DNA of 64,000 bases from Botryllus schlosseri (Eukaryota): the NCBI GenBank assembly GCA_051294905.1, contig CM119384.1, positions 23,932,001-23,996,000 on the forward strand, written 5' to 3'. The notes below the pieces were generated by a model. That model searched no databases. It was given only the letters and a program-made list of their open reading frames with translations, and was not told the origin of the DNA. Position 1 is the first letter of the stretch. Each line of letters begins with the position of its first letter. Position numbers and translations under genes: made by a program. This document shows positions 49,800-59,799 of the stretch, in pieces.

Positions 49800-52700
49800 A
49801 CAGAAGTGAATTCGATTTTCGCAGAGACTTCGCTATGTATGGGCCTTTGCAAGCGAAAGCACAAGAAGAACGCGGGTTTCGCTGTGATCTCGGTATATAT
49901 TTTCAGTTCTTTTATTGCTTTTGTTCTCTTTCAAGCTTTTTATTCTTTCATACATTGCGTTGTGAGTGGCGTCTTGCCAGTCTTCTTCGCTCCATTCAAG
50001 TTGTTCTGCCAGGTCTATGGTGTCCGTCAACCACTTAGGGGTTGGGTACTTGTGCGGTTCCGAGTTCGAGTATAATTTTGGGTTCATTCTCTTTATTTTT
50101 GTTCAAGTTCGTAAATTGCGTATTATTGCCATATTTCTGTTGGCTCGGCCAGTTTTTTCAGTACTGATATTTTTTTCATTCCGCATGTTCGCACTCGTGT
50201 CTCTATATCTGGGATACCCCCCCTCTTTTTCATCCGCTATCAGGGTTTTTCTGGCAATGTTTTCTATTTTCTCGGGGTACCAAAGGAATCGGAAGCATAT
50301 TCTTTCAATTTCTCTAATGTACTCTTTCGGCATCGGTATGGCCCTTGCATTGTACGTTATTTGTGACGTAACCATGCTGTCAAGTATTGTTTTCTTACCA
50401 ATCCAGGTCAGGTGGCGGTTTTTGTACGCTTCTGTGATTCGGCGTATTTTTGAAGTTCTTTTTTGCAACGTTTCTTTTATTTGGTTTTTCCCGTATGCTT
50501 GGCCCAATATTTGGATTTCCTGTTTTTTTTAGCTTTTCGTATCGTGTATCGGCTGTTCCTAGTCCTGGTATTTCGTTTAGGTGAAGGATTTCCGTTTTTT
50601 CGGCGTTTAATTTTTGTCCGGTAGCTTGTTCGAATTGTTCAAACTCTTTGACGATATATGGCAGTTCTTTTTCGCCCGTTAAAAATACCGTCATGTCGTC
50701 GGCGTATTGTTGAATCTTCATGTTCATTTTCCCGATCGTGGCTCCACTGATCTTTTCGTTGTTATTTATTTTTCGTGCGAGAGGATGGATACTTATGGCG
50801 TAGAGCGCCATACTTAGGGGGCAGCCTTGCCGTATGCCCCTTCGGATTTTTATTGGTGCGGTTGAGGCTCCATTGACGGTAATTCGGCTTGTAGCTGTTC
50901 CGTATATGTTTTTTTTATCAATTTGATCAGATGGTGTGGAATTTCATAGTTCTCTAGTATTTTAAAAAGTTACGCATGGTTAATTAGGTCAAAAGCTTTT
51001 TGTTGGTCAAGGTTAACTATGAGCATTTCTTCCTTCTGTTCGTTCGCATATTCTAATACCGCCTGAATGTTGTGCAGTATGTCGCTAATACGTCGGTCCT
51101 CTATTGCGCAATTTTGTGTCTGTAATATTAGGTTTCGCAGCGCTGGTTTTAGTCGGCTTGCGATAATTCCCGTCATGATCTTATAGTCCGTGTTAAGGAG
51201 CGTGATGGGTCTCCAGTTTTTAAGTCTCTCTGGATCGCCTTTTTTGTAGATTAGTGTTGTAACCCCCTGTCTCCAGCTTTTACATGTTTCTCCGAAGAGG
51301 TATGCGTTGTTTAATAGTTCCTGCAAATCTCTCTTTAGTATTTTCCAATAGGTAGTATAGAATTCTTTTGATAGACCATCCGGTCCTGGGGTCTTTCCGT
51401 TTTCCATGTCTTTCAATATATTTTTGATTTCGTTCTGCTCTATCTGTGTGTCAAGGTTTTTCTTTTGTTCTTCCGTTATTTTCTGGTCCTTTATTATTTC
51501 TACGTATTTGTCCTGCATATCCGTATTGTTATTTGGCGATTTTGTCCAGAGCTTCTTATAAAACTGCTCGACTTCCTCTGTCACCCTCCTCCTTTGTTGT
51601 TGATTTTTCCCCGTCCGTGTTGACTATTTCCATCAGTGTCTTACTGTGTTTGCGCTGCTTTATTTTATTGACTGTGTTTGCGCTGCTTTATTTTATTGAA
51701 GAAGTATTTGGATGGTTTTCGTTTTCTTCTAGGTCTTGCAGTTTATATAGTCGACACTGGTGTCTCAGTTGTTCTTCTTCAATTTTCTTCAGTTCTTTGA
51801 TTTCGTCGTACGCTTGGTCGCGATCGCTATGTTCTTTTTGTTTTTGCGCGATGGTATTTTTTTGAGCGTCGACTCTCGTTTTTTCGGCGTTTTGTTGTTC
51901 ACTGCCGAACCGGGTCAGGTATTTATGTTTTTGTTTGGTGCATTGTTCATGCAATCTTTTTATGTTTTTGTACAAGATGTCGTTGTGTTCAAACATTCTC
52001 ACATCATTTTTCCACAAGCCTCTTCCCCATCTGGTTGGTTCCATACGTATTATGGACAGATGTTGAAAAAAAGTGTGGTCGCTAATTTGTAGTTGGGGAG
52101 ATAGTGTAGTGGTTACGATAAGCGCCCAGCACGCAGGCGACCCGTCGGAGGTTTATCTGGGCTCCTCTTCCCCTGCCGTTGCCGTTCTTACGGCGACAAA
52201 AAAGCCCAGAAAAAGACCCGACGAAAGAAAGCACCCACAATGAATGGAAAAGAACTAGTAGAAAGGGCCGCGGCTTCAAAGAGATCAACATCGAAAAAGA
52301 ACTGTGACATCGGGCACTCTAGGCCGAGGTGGATGTTAGAGTAAAGGATCGCTACTGATGCGTGTCGTTCTACATCATCCTATCTGTTCATGACATCGCA
52401 TTGTGTCTTATCGCATTGTACATCGTGTGTGACTTGTTCAGATAAAAATATAACCCAACCATGTTATGTTATGTTATGTTATTACGAGGTCCTCTGTGAC
52501 ATAGATTCGGTCCACGCGTCTTGCTTGGTGCGCTTTCGTCACTGTGCAGTGTGTATATTCGTTTGTGAGTATTATGCCACGTCACTGTGTATATTCCTTT
52601 GTGAGTATTATGCCATCTCCATATGTCTCGGACCTTGTATATTTCTATAAAATCCTTCCACACCTTCGCTGCTGGTGTTAACTTAAAATTAATGTTATTT

Positions 52701-54000
52701 TTAGCGTCGATTTTATATGTGACGCTGTTGAAGTCACCACATATTATCAGCTGGTTTTGTGTTTTTGCGAGTTTCTCGGTTAATTCTCTGTACAGGCTTG
52801 TTTGATACGCCTCAACATCTGCGGGTGCGTATATGTTGAATATCGTGGTGGTTTCTCCGTTTTCTTTGTCCTTAAGTGTGAGGGACTGAATTATATCCGG
52901 TACTACAATATTACCCTCTATATGGTAATCCTGTTCTAGTTCCTTCCTAATCAGTATGCTAGTTCCTTTGTAGTAAAGTTTCTTTCCCCTCTTCAGTGTC
53001 GTTCCATGCTTGATTTGGATTGATTTGGTTAGGGTAATACTTGATGTTTTGTTGTCGAGCCCATCTGTTCATTGTCATGTCATCCACTCGATGGGTCTCT
53101 TGGAGACAGATAATGTCCCATTTTTCCGTTCGTATTAAAATCTCAATTTCTTTATAACGTGTCTTGAGGCCATTGACGTTAATTAATAGAGTAAATAGAG
53201 AAGATTTTTTTCGAGGGGGTCTAGGGCGCGTTTGGTTGTCGGCTTATTTCGTTACGTTATCTGCTTTGAGAAGTTTCCTTCTCGCCGAGCTTTCGGCTAG
53301 TGTTTGAGGGCTTCGGGCGCTCTGGCTTCTCTTGCTTGGTGAAGGTGCGCCGCCAAAAATTCGGCTTCTGTGAAGTTTCTGCCCTCAAACTTTCTTGTTA
53401 GAGTTGCCGTCTGGCCTGTTCGGCTTTTGATTGTTTTGGTCATCTTTTTTTTGTCTTTGTTTTTACCTTCCGAGGTTTGTTGTGAGACTTCGTCCTCACT
53501 GGTGGTGATAACTGCCAGTTCACCTTCTGTTGCATTCCCGCTGCTGTTACTTTCCTCATCATGTTTCTGAATTATAGTTTTGTGGAGGTCGCTATTGCCC
53601 GGTGTAGGGGGCGATCTCAGATTGAAGAAGTCTTCGCCCTCCGATTCCTCTATAATATTTGGTTCTTCTTCTTGTGTTTGATTTGGAGTTGTGTGTTCTC
53701 TATTTGTTGCTCTGTTTCTTCTTCCATGTCTTGTGTTTCAGCTTTTTTTGTTTGTTTTTGGGGCAATGTTCACGAATGTGCCCATACTCTTTGCATAGCA
53801 GGCATGCAGTTTGGTTTGGGCAATTTGCCGCGTTGTGCCCTTCCCGCAGGCATTTGAAGCTTTTGGGTAGTGCCTCATCTGCGAGAAGGTACACCTTGCA
53901 CGGCGCTCTGCCCAGATACAAGAATGGAGGGAGATTCCCTGGGATGTAGTTGCTGGAACTAGTGCACTATACACCAACATTACCCGTTCATGGTGATCAC
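49800..54000 (-). mobile_element. L1/Tx1-type LINE, decayed (copy 2): ORF1 3' part + ORF2
   Basis: ORF1 zinc knuckles (FKCLREGHNAANC, CLLCKEYGHIREHC). Endonuclease (RVDRIYV, SDH). RT (GPDGLSKEFY, NLDQQKAFD, IRQGCPLS, QYADD). Interrupted by a SINE at 52095. Confidence 0.9.
52095..52481 (+). mobile_element. tRNA-derived SINE (SINE-2) with a (TGTTA)n tail, B box apparently deleted
   Basis: Head GGGGAGATAGTGTAGTGGTTA (A-box-like), a 24-nt core identical to SINE-1, and a tail of four ATGTT units. It interrupts the L1 endonuclease between RIYV and SDH. No TSD found. Confidence 0.75.
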
Positions 54001-54420
54001 TTTATTGACTAAGTACTTTTACACGTCAACCTTTCTCTTTTATATTTCTCTCGAATTGATATTTCATGACTCAGCAGATTTCTAGTTTCAGTTTTTTCCG
54101 TTTACGCCCATTACGTAAAATAATTCACTTGATACCTATTATAAACGATGCACTGCCATTCATTTATGCTTCGTTACATAGCTATCTTACCATGACTCAC
54201 AGTTTTTTCCTTTAACGCCCATTACGTAAAATACGTATAATAATCACGCAAAGTGATGTAACCGTATCCGATACATTTTCTACGTATTGCTCTTCGCCTA
54301 AACTTGTGGCCTTATAATATGGGGTAGGGCGCCATCCCATGATATTCTCTAAAAACGGGGTGTTCCCGTAAACAAAAGATAGGCATCGCATTTTCATATC
54401 AGTACTATAATTTGCATCCC

Positions 54421-57400
54421 CCCTGCGAACGAGCCTGGCCTCGGCCAGACAAACCAGCTTGACCAGATCAGTCTCTTGGCCCTCGTTGCCGAAATAGTGC
54501 AGGCGACGCTTTCCGCCTCTAGAGAGGGAAGCACTAACGTATTTGACATAGTGGCACAGGCTGCCTCTAAGTTCCTAGGACAGAAAATCGATTCCAGTGC
54601 ACTGCAAAGAATTTCAAGTCCTACCAATACAGAAATTGATCAAAGCCAAAATGAACCTATGGATGAAATAGCTAGCCATGCCACCTAAACCACTTGCAAT
54701 ACTCCAATGGAACTGTCGAGGTATATATAGAAAACTGCACGAATTCAGGAAACTAGTACCAAACATGGAATCGAAACCCGACATCATATTACTTCAAGAA
54801 ACACATTTAATCAGCAAGTACACACCCAAATTAAGGGGATATCGACTCTTTCGACGCGACAACACTGTACATAAGGGCGGTTTAGCAGCCTTCGTTAGAG
54901 AAACGTTGAGCTCGAGGGTGGATACCTCGATTACGTCACGATGTTTCGAGCTTATGTGTATAAAGGTCGAGATATATACATTTTGCAACATCTACATAGC
55001 TCCAGATTGTAGATTGGGGGAGGACGATCTTGCGTTCCTTGAAGACATGACAGCCCGAACGATCATAGTGGGTGACTTTAACGCACATCATTGGTCATGG
55101 AGCCACCGTAGAAATCAACGTGGCGCTAAACTGTATGGGGCCTTTGATAAAAACAATCTAGTCATGCTCAATTCATCATGTCCAACAAGAATCAACCTTT
55201 CTGTGGATGCTATCCACCGGTGGTCTCTCCTTGACCTCACCCTCACGTCACCAGACATTGCAGTCAGATGTCACACTGAAGTAACGCAGCACCTTGTCGG
55301 AAGTGATCACCATGTTGTCCTCACGTATTTACATGACGGAGTGGCTAGCTCTTCTACAAAACCACCGAAATGGTGTTTCAGGAAAGCAAATTGGATGGAT
55401 TTCTCTTGCCATGTCGACTCGAGAATCTCCACTTCAATGTCAGACGACATTGAGCAGCTGAATTGCGAAATAACCAAATGCATTGTCCAGTCCGCAAAGC
55501 TTTCAATTCCTCGGTCGCGCAACTCTGCAAAAATTCCGGTACCATGGGGGGATGACGCCTGTGATAGAGCTATCAGACGAAAAAAGGCTGCATATCTAAA
55601 GATGAAAAGAACGTTCAGTATGGCCGACGTCTTGAAATTCAAAAAGCTGCGCGCTGAATGCCGAAAAGTAATACTATCAGCTAAACGACAATGTTGGGAA
55701 ACCTTTTGCGAGTCAGTGAATAGGCGAACAGGAATATCTAAAATATGGAAAGTGATTGCTTCCATGTCTGGGGCCGTCTCCAACAGATCAATCCCATCGA
55801 TCCAGTACAACGACACCACGCTAAGCGATGATAAATCTAAGTCCGAAGCATTCTCCACCGTATTTTCCATGATCAGCAGCAACTCTAATCACACAGCTGA
55901 ATTCATCCTGGAGAAATCTGCTTTCGAAAAAGATAATCTCATAACTCCCGACATAGAATGTGGTAATGATATGCCTATAAACGAGCCATTCACTGTCCCT
56001 GAATTGGTAGCTGCTATTCAGTCGCGTAACGACTCTACCCCTGGCCACGACTCGATAAGTTACTTGATGCTAAAACACCTTTCCCAACAAGCGACTCGTC
56101 AACTACTGCATATGTTCAACGTGTCCTGGACAAAGGGGTAGCTACCAAAGTGCTGGAAACATTCTATACTGGTTCCAATTCTCAAGTCAGGCAAAAATAG
56201 CGCTGCGGTAGAGTCATACCGACCTATATCACTAACTAGTCATCTCTGCAAGATTCTAGAGGTGATGGTTGCAAGGAGACTGCGTTGGTTTCTTGAGTCG
56301 AATAAACTTTTGAATGTGTCACAGTCGGGGTTCCGAGAAGGTCGTAGTACGTTGGATCATATCCTCACGCTCCATGACGATATATACAAGGCCATCAACA
56401 ATCAACGTTCTACGTTGGTCGTGTTTCTAGATATTCAACGGGCTTATGATATGGTGTGGCGCCACGGATTGTTGTCTAAACTATCGAAATTGGGTATTAA
56501 AGGTCATATGCTGGGGTGGCTTAAATGTTTCCTCAGTGAGAGAACCTATCAAGTTCGCATTGGAAATACCCTCTCTGATGTCGGTACCCTAGAAAATGGC
56601 ATACCTCAGGGCAGTGTACTGAGTCCTTTACTATTTGCTGTGATGATAAACGATATTCCCCCCATCCTACACGGAAGTATAGGCGTCTACGCCGATGATT
56701 GCGCAGTGTGGGAGAGTGGCCTATCCATTACTCGCATTACAGGTTCCATTCAAATGTATTTAAATTCGTTTCAGGAGTGGTGTAATAAGTGGGGTTTCTC
56801 TGTCTCAAAAACCAAGTCGGTGGCCATGCTCTTTACCCGGAAGAGGAATATTCCCGAAGTATCATTGTGCGTTGACGGAGTCAACATCAATTTGGCTGAG
56901 CAGTTCAAGTATTTGGGAATCACGTTTGATAAAAATCTTTCGTACAAATTCCATATTGATAATGTTGTTAAAAAGTGTAGTCAAAGAATCAACATGTTGC
57001 GTGCACTTTGTGGTACGAGCTGGGGATGTAACAAATCGTCATTATTACAGTTATACAGGTCTCTAATCAGCTCTGTTATTGACTACGGTATGCCAGCATA
57101 CTACTTCTCTCCTAAATGCCATTTGAAAAAGATCGAAGTAGTGCAGAACAAAGCATTGCGTTTATGTTGTGGAGCAATGCGCAGCTCCCCGGTCTGTGCG
57201 TTACAAGCAGCATGCAACGAGCCCCCTCTTCACCTTAGACATAAATATCTGTGTATGAACTATCGCTGTTACCTACTTAAACAAAATACAGATCAACATT
57301 CCGCACTTGGGCTATTGCAAGAGTCATGGCACGAGATATATGGGCTAATTAGACCTAGCTTTGTCACGTATAACATTCACTCCAACGTCCCGTTGTTTCG

Positions 57401-58553
57401 TGAAATTTCAGTGGAGAAAACCCTCTCCCACTATCAAGCTCCGTGGCTGGCCCGGCCACCAATCGTCAATACGCAACTGCTCCGTTTACACCCGAAGAAT
57501 GTTACTCAAGATGTCATAAAAGCATGTTTCCACGACTATATGTTTGAATGCCACGACGGAGCTATCGAGATATATACAGATGGGTCCAAGACCTCAATAG
57601 CAACCGCTTACGCTTTCTATATCCCCTCTCGTTCGGTATCGGTTAGTAGAACTTGTCATGTTTATCATTCCGTATTCCATGTTGAACTTTTAGCGATTCT
57701 TCATGCACTGGCCTGGGTTTCCGATTATGGATGCAAAGAAGACAAATATGTGATTCTTTCAGACTCGCTTAGTGTGTTGAACACGATATCCAACCCTCTC
57801 ACTGCGCCGACAGATATCTTTAACAAATTTTTCCCCTTGCTTGAGCGGGTTACTGGAAGAGGTATAGAGGTAGAATTTGGATGGATTCCCAGTCACAAAG
57901 GTATCCATGGCAACGAGATCGCCGACCGCGAAGCAACATCCGCGGCTTTGTCTGGCCAAAATCGTCAGGTCCCTGAGGTGACCATCGGAGAAGCTAAGTC
58001 ACTTGTCCGCCAATATTCGCTAACTCTCTGGCAGGAACTGTACGCATGTGAAGATAAAGGGATGCATTATAAGCGTTTCCACAGTTGCATTTCAAATAAA
58101 TTCCCGTCAATGCATGCATGTCGGCAATTCGAGGTTATCATGTTCCGTATGCGCTCCGGCCATTGTAGGCTTAACGCCCATTCGTTCAAAATAGGATGTT
58201 CAGATACTCCGCTATGTCTCCATTGTAATGTCGCCGAAACCGTCGACCATTTTCTACTGAATTGTGCAAGATACGATTTTCAACGGTCCTTTCTCATTGA
58301 GTCATGCCGTAATCATGACATCCCATTCACGACTTATAACCTATTAGTCCAGCCCGAGCTATTAACCCCTGTGGCTGAATTGGTGCTGTCATGTCGTAGA
58401 ATCCTTTAAGATTTGATTGGTATATAGACGAGGCTGAAATACATTGCAAGGGTACTTATACCAGTAGGTAACTTCAGACCGTGGTGCACCAGACCCTTAA
58501 GGGCGATAAGCGCCACTACAACTTTTAACCATATTAATAATAATAATAATAAT
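54421..58553 (+). mobile_element. I-group (Nimb-like) LINE with RNase H, 5'-truncated
   Basis: ORF1 C-terminal remnant (LVAEIV...IVAQAASKFLG, stop at 54688) overlapping the ORF2 start, then ORF2, a short 3' UTR and a (TAA)6 tail at 58535-58552. No TSD found. Confidence 0.9.
54678..58409 (+). pseudogene. LINE ORF2 (APE endonuclease, RT, RNase H, C-terminal CCHC) with a single in-frame TAG
   Basis: The ORFs 54678-56141 and 56262-58409 are in the same frame, separated by TAG at 56139-56141. Motifs: QWNCRG, GDFNAHH, SDH, QSGFR, PQGSVLSP, YADD, YTDGSK, WIPSHKGIHGNEIAD, CLHC...HFLLNC. Confidence 0.92.
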
Positions 58554-58645
58554 ATACCGCGCATGTTTGAGAACAAACGACAACATTCGCGAAGGATTTC
58601 ATATGTCATCACCCATTCGAATTCCAACAGAATATGACTGATATC

Positions 58646-59770
58646 CAGAGGTGGTCAGTCACGAAGTACTTCTACTTTTTGGAAGTACTCAAATAGTTTT
58701 CCTCTACTTCTGGTACTTATTCAAGTAGATCTGATTTTCTCTACTTCTACTTCTACTTCGTAATATTTTGTGATCTACTTACTTACTTTTCGCTATTTTC
58801 AGTTTGTCAAGTAGAAGTAGTCTATTCCCCAATACGAACGATAACTTGAGGAATTCCGCGGCTGTTTTCATGGAGTAAGAACATTTAATATTCATAAGAG
58901 TCAAGTAAAGCCCAGGAATTTTATTGCGCTTCGCGCATAGTAGTAATGGAGTGACAAATATGTTTTCGTGAAAGTATCAGTGAATGTAATTTAGGTACCG
59001 GATTGCTTGGTTCCTCTCACACCGCATTGTCGTCTTTATCAAATATTTCACCACAGTAAATATGGCCCACCACAACGTTTGAAACTACCGTTTCACAATC
59101 TAGCAATTGCCTATCATATTGTAATCTAGCAGCCCCTTACGTGTCTTGATGATCTGAAAAATCCAGCTTTTTTGAACGTTACACCTGTTTTAGCAGATGA
59201 CCTTTTAAGCTTTGTAGACAAAATACAGGAAATATATTCTCCGCTTTTTAGAAGTGGTATTTGTATTTCATTTTAATTAACGTATAATCATCACGCAAAG
59301 TGATGTAACCGTATCCGATACATTTTCTACGTATTGCTCTTCGCCTAAACTTGTGGCCTTATAATATGGGGTAGGGCGCCATCCCATGATATTCTCTAAA
59401 AACGGGGTGTTCCCGTAAACAAAAGATAGGCATCGCATTTTCATATCAGTACTATAATTTGCATCCCATGATGTGGACGAATGCTTATGCTATTGAAAAT
59501 TGGATACCCGCAGATATGCATCAATATGAATCTATCTCGTCACCTATCGCATAGTTCAATTGGCAGCTTTTTACAATCCATGTGAACGAATTATAGGATC
59601 GTTTTCACAACTACTTACTTACTTGAGTACTTTTAAAGTCAGTCAATTCTACTTCCACTTCAAGTAGTTTTAGGTTGCTTAAAGAAGAAGTACTTCTACT
59701 CGTATTTGAGTAGCTTTCTTCGTCGCTACCTCTACTTGAGTAGATTTCTTGACTACCTTGACCACCTCTG
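58646..59770. mobile_element. hAT-like non-autonomous element (TIR CAGAGGTGGTCA), no matching TSD
   Basis: Perfect 12-bp TIRs and TACTT/AAGTA subterminal arrays at both ends. The flanks CTGATATC and AATTTAAA do not match. Confidence 0.75.
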
Positions 59771-59799
59771 AATTTAAATAAACCATATTTGTTCAATGC

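Larger units (their letters stand above)
54233..59467 (+). repeat. 188-bp direct repeat pair (54233-54420 and 59280-59467)
   Basis: The two copies are identical except for one substitution near the 5' end. Confidence 0.95.

Noticed and set aside
48700-49800. Possible LTR or DNA-element termini around 48990 and 49620
   Set aside because: No paired repeat, PBS/PPT or TSD was found. Only a diverged internal dimer is evident.
24290-52140. SINE heads as functional tRNA genes
   Set aside because: No complete cloverleaf or acceptor stem. They are followed by SINE bodies and tails, and SINE-1 has a TSD.
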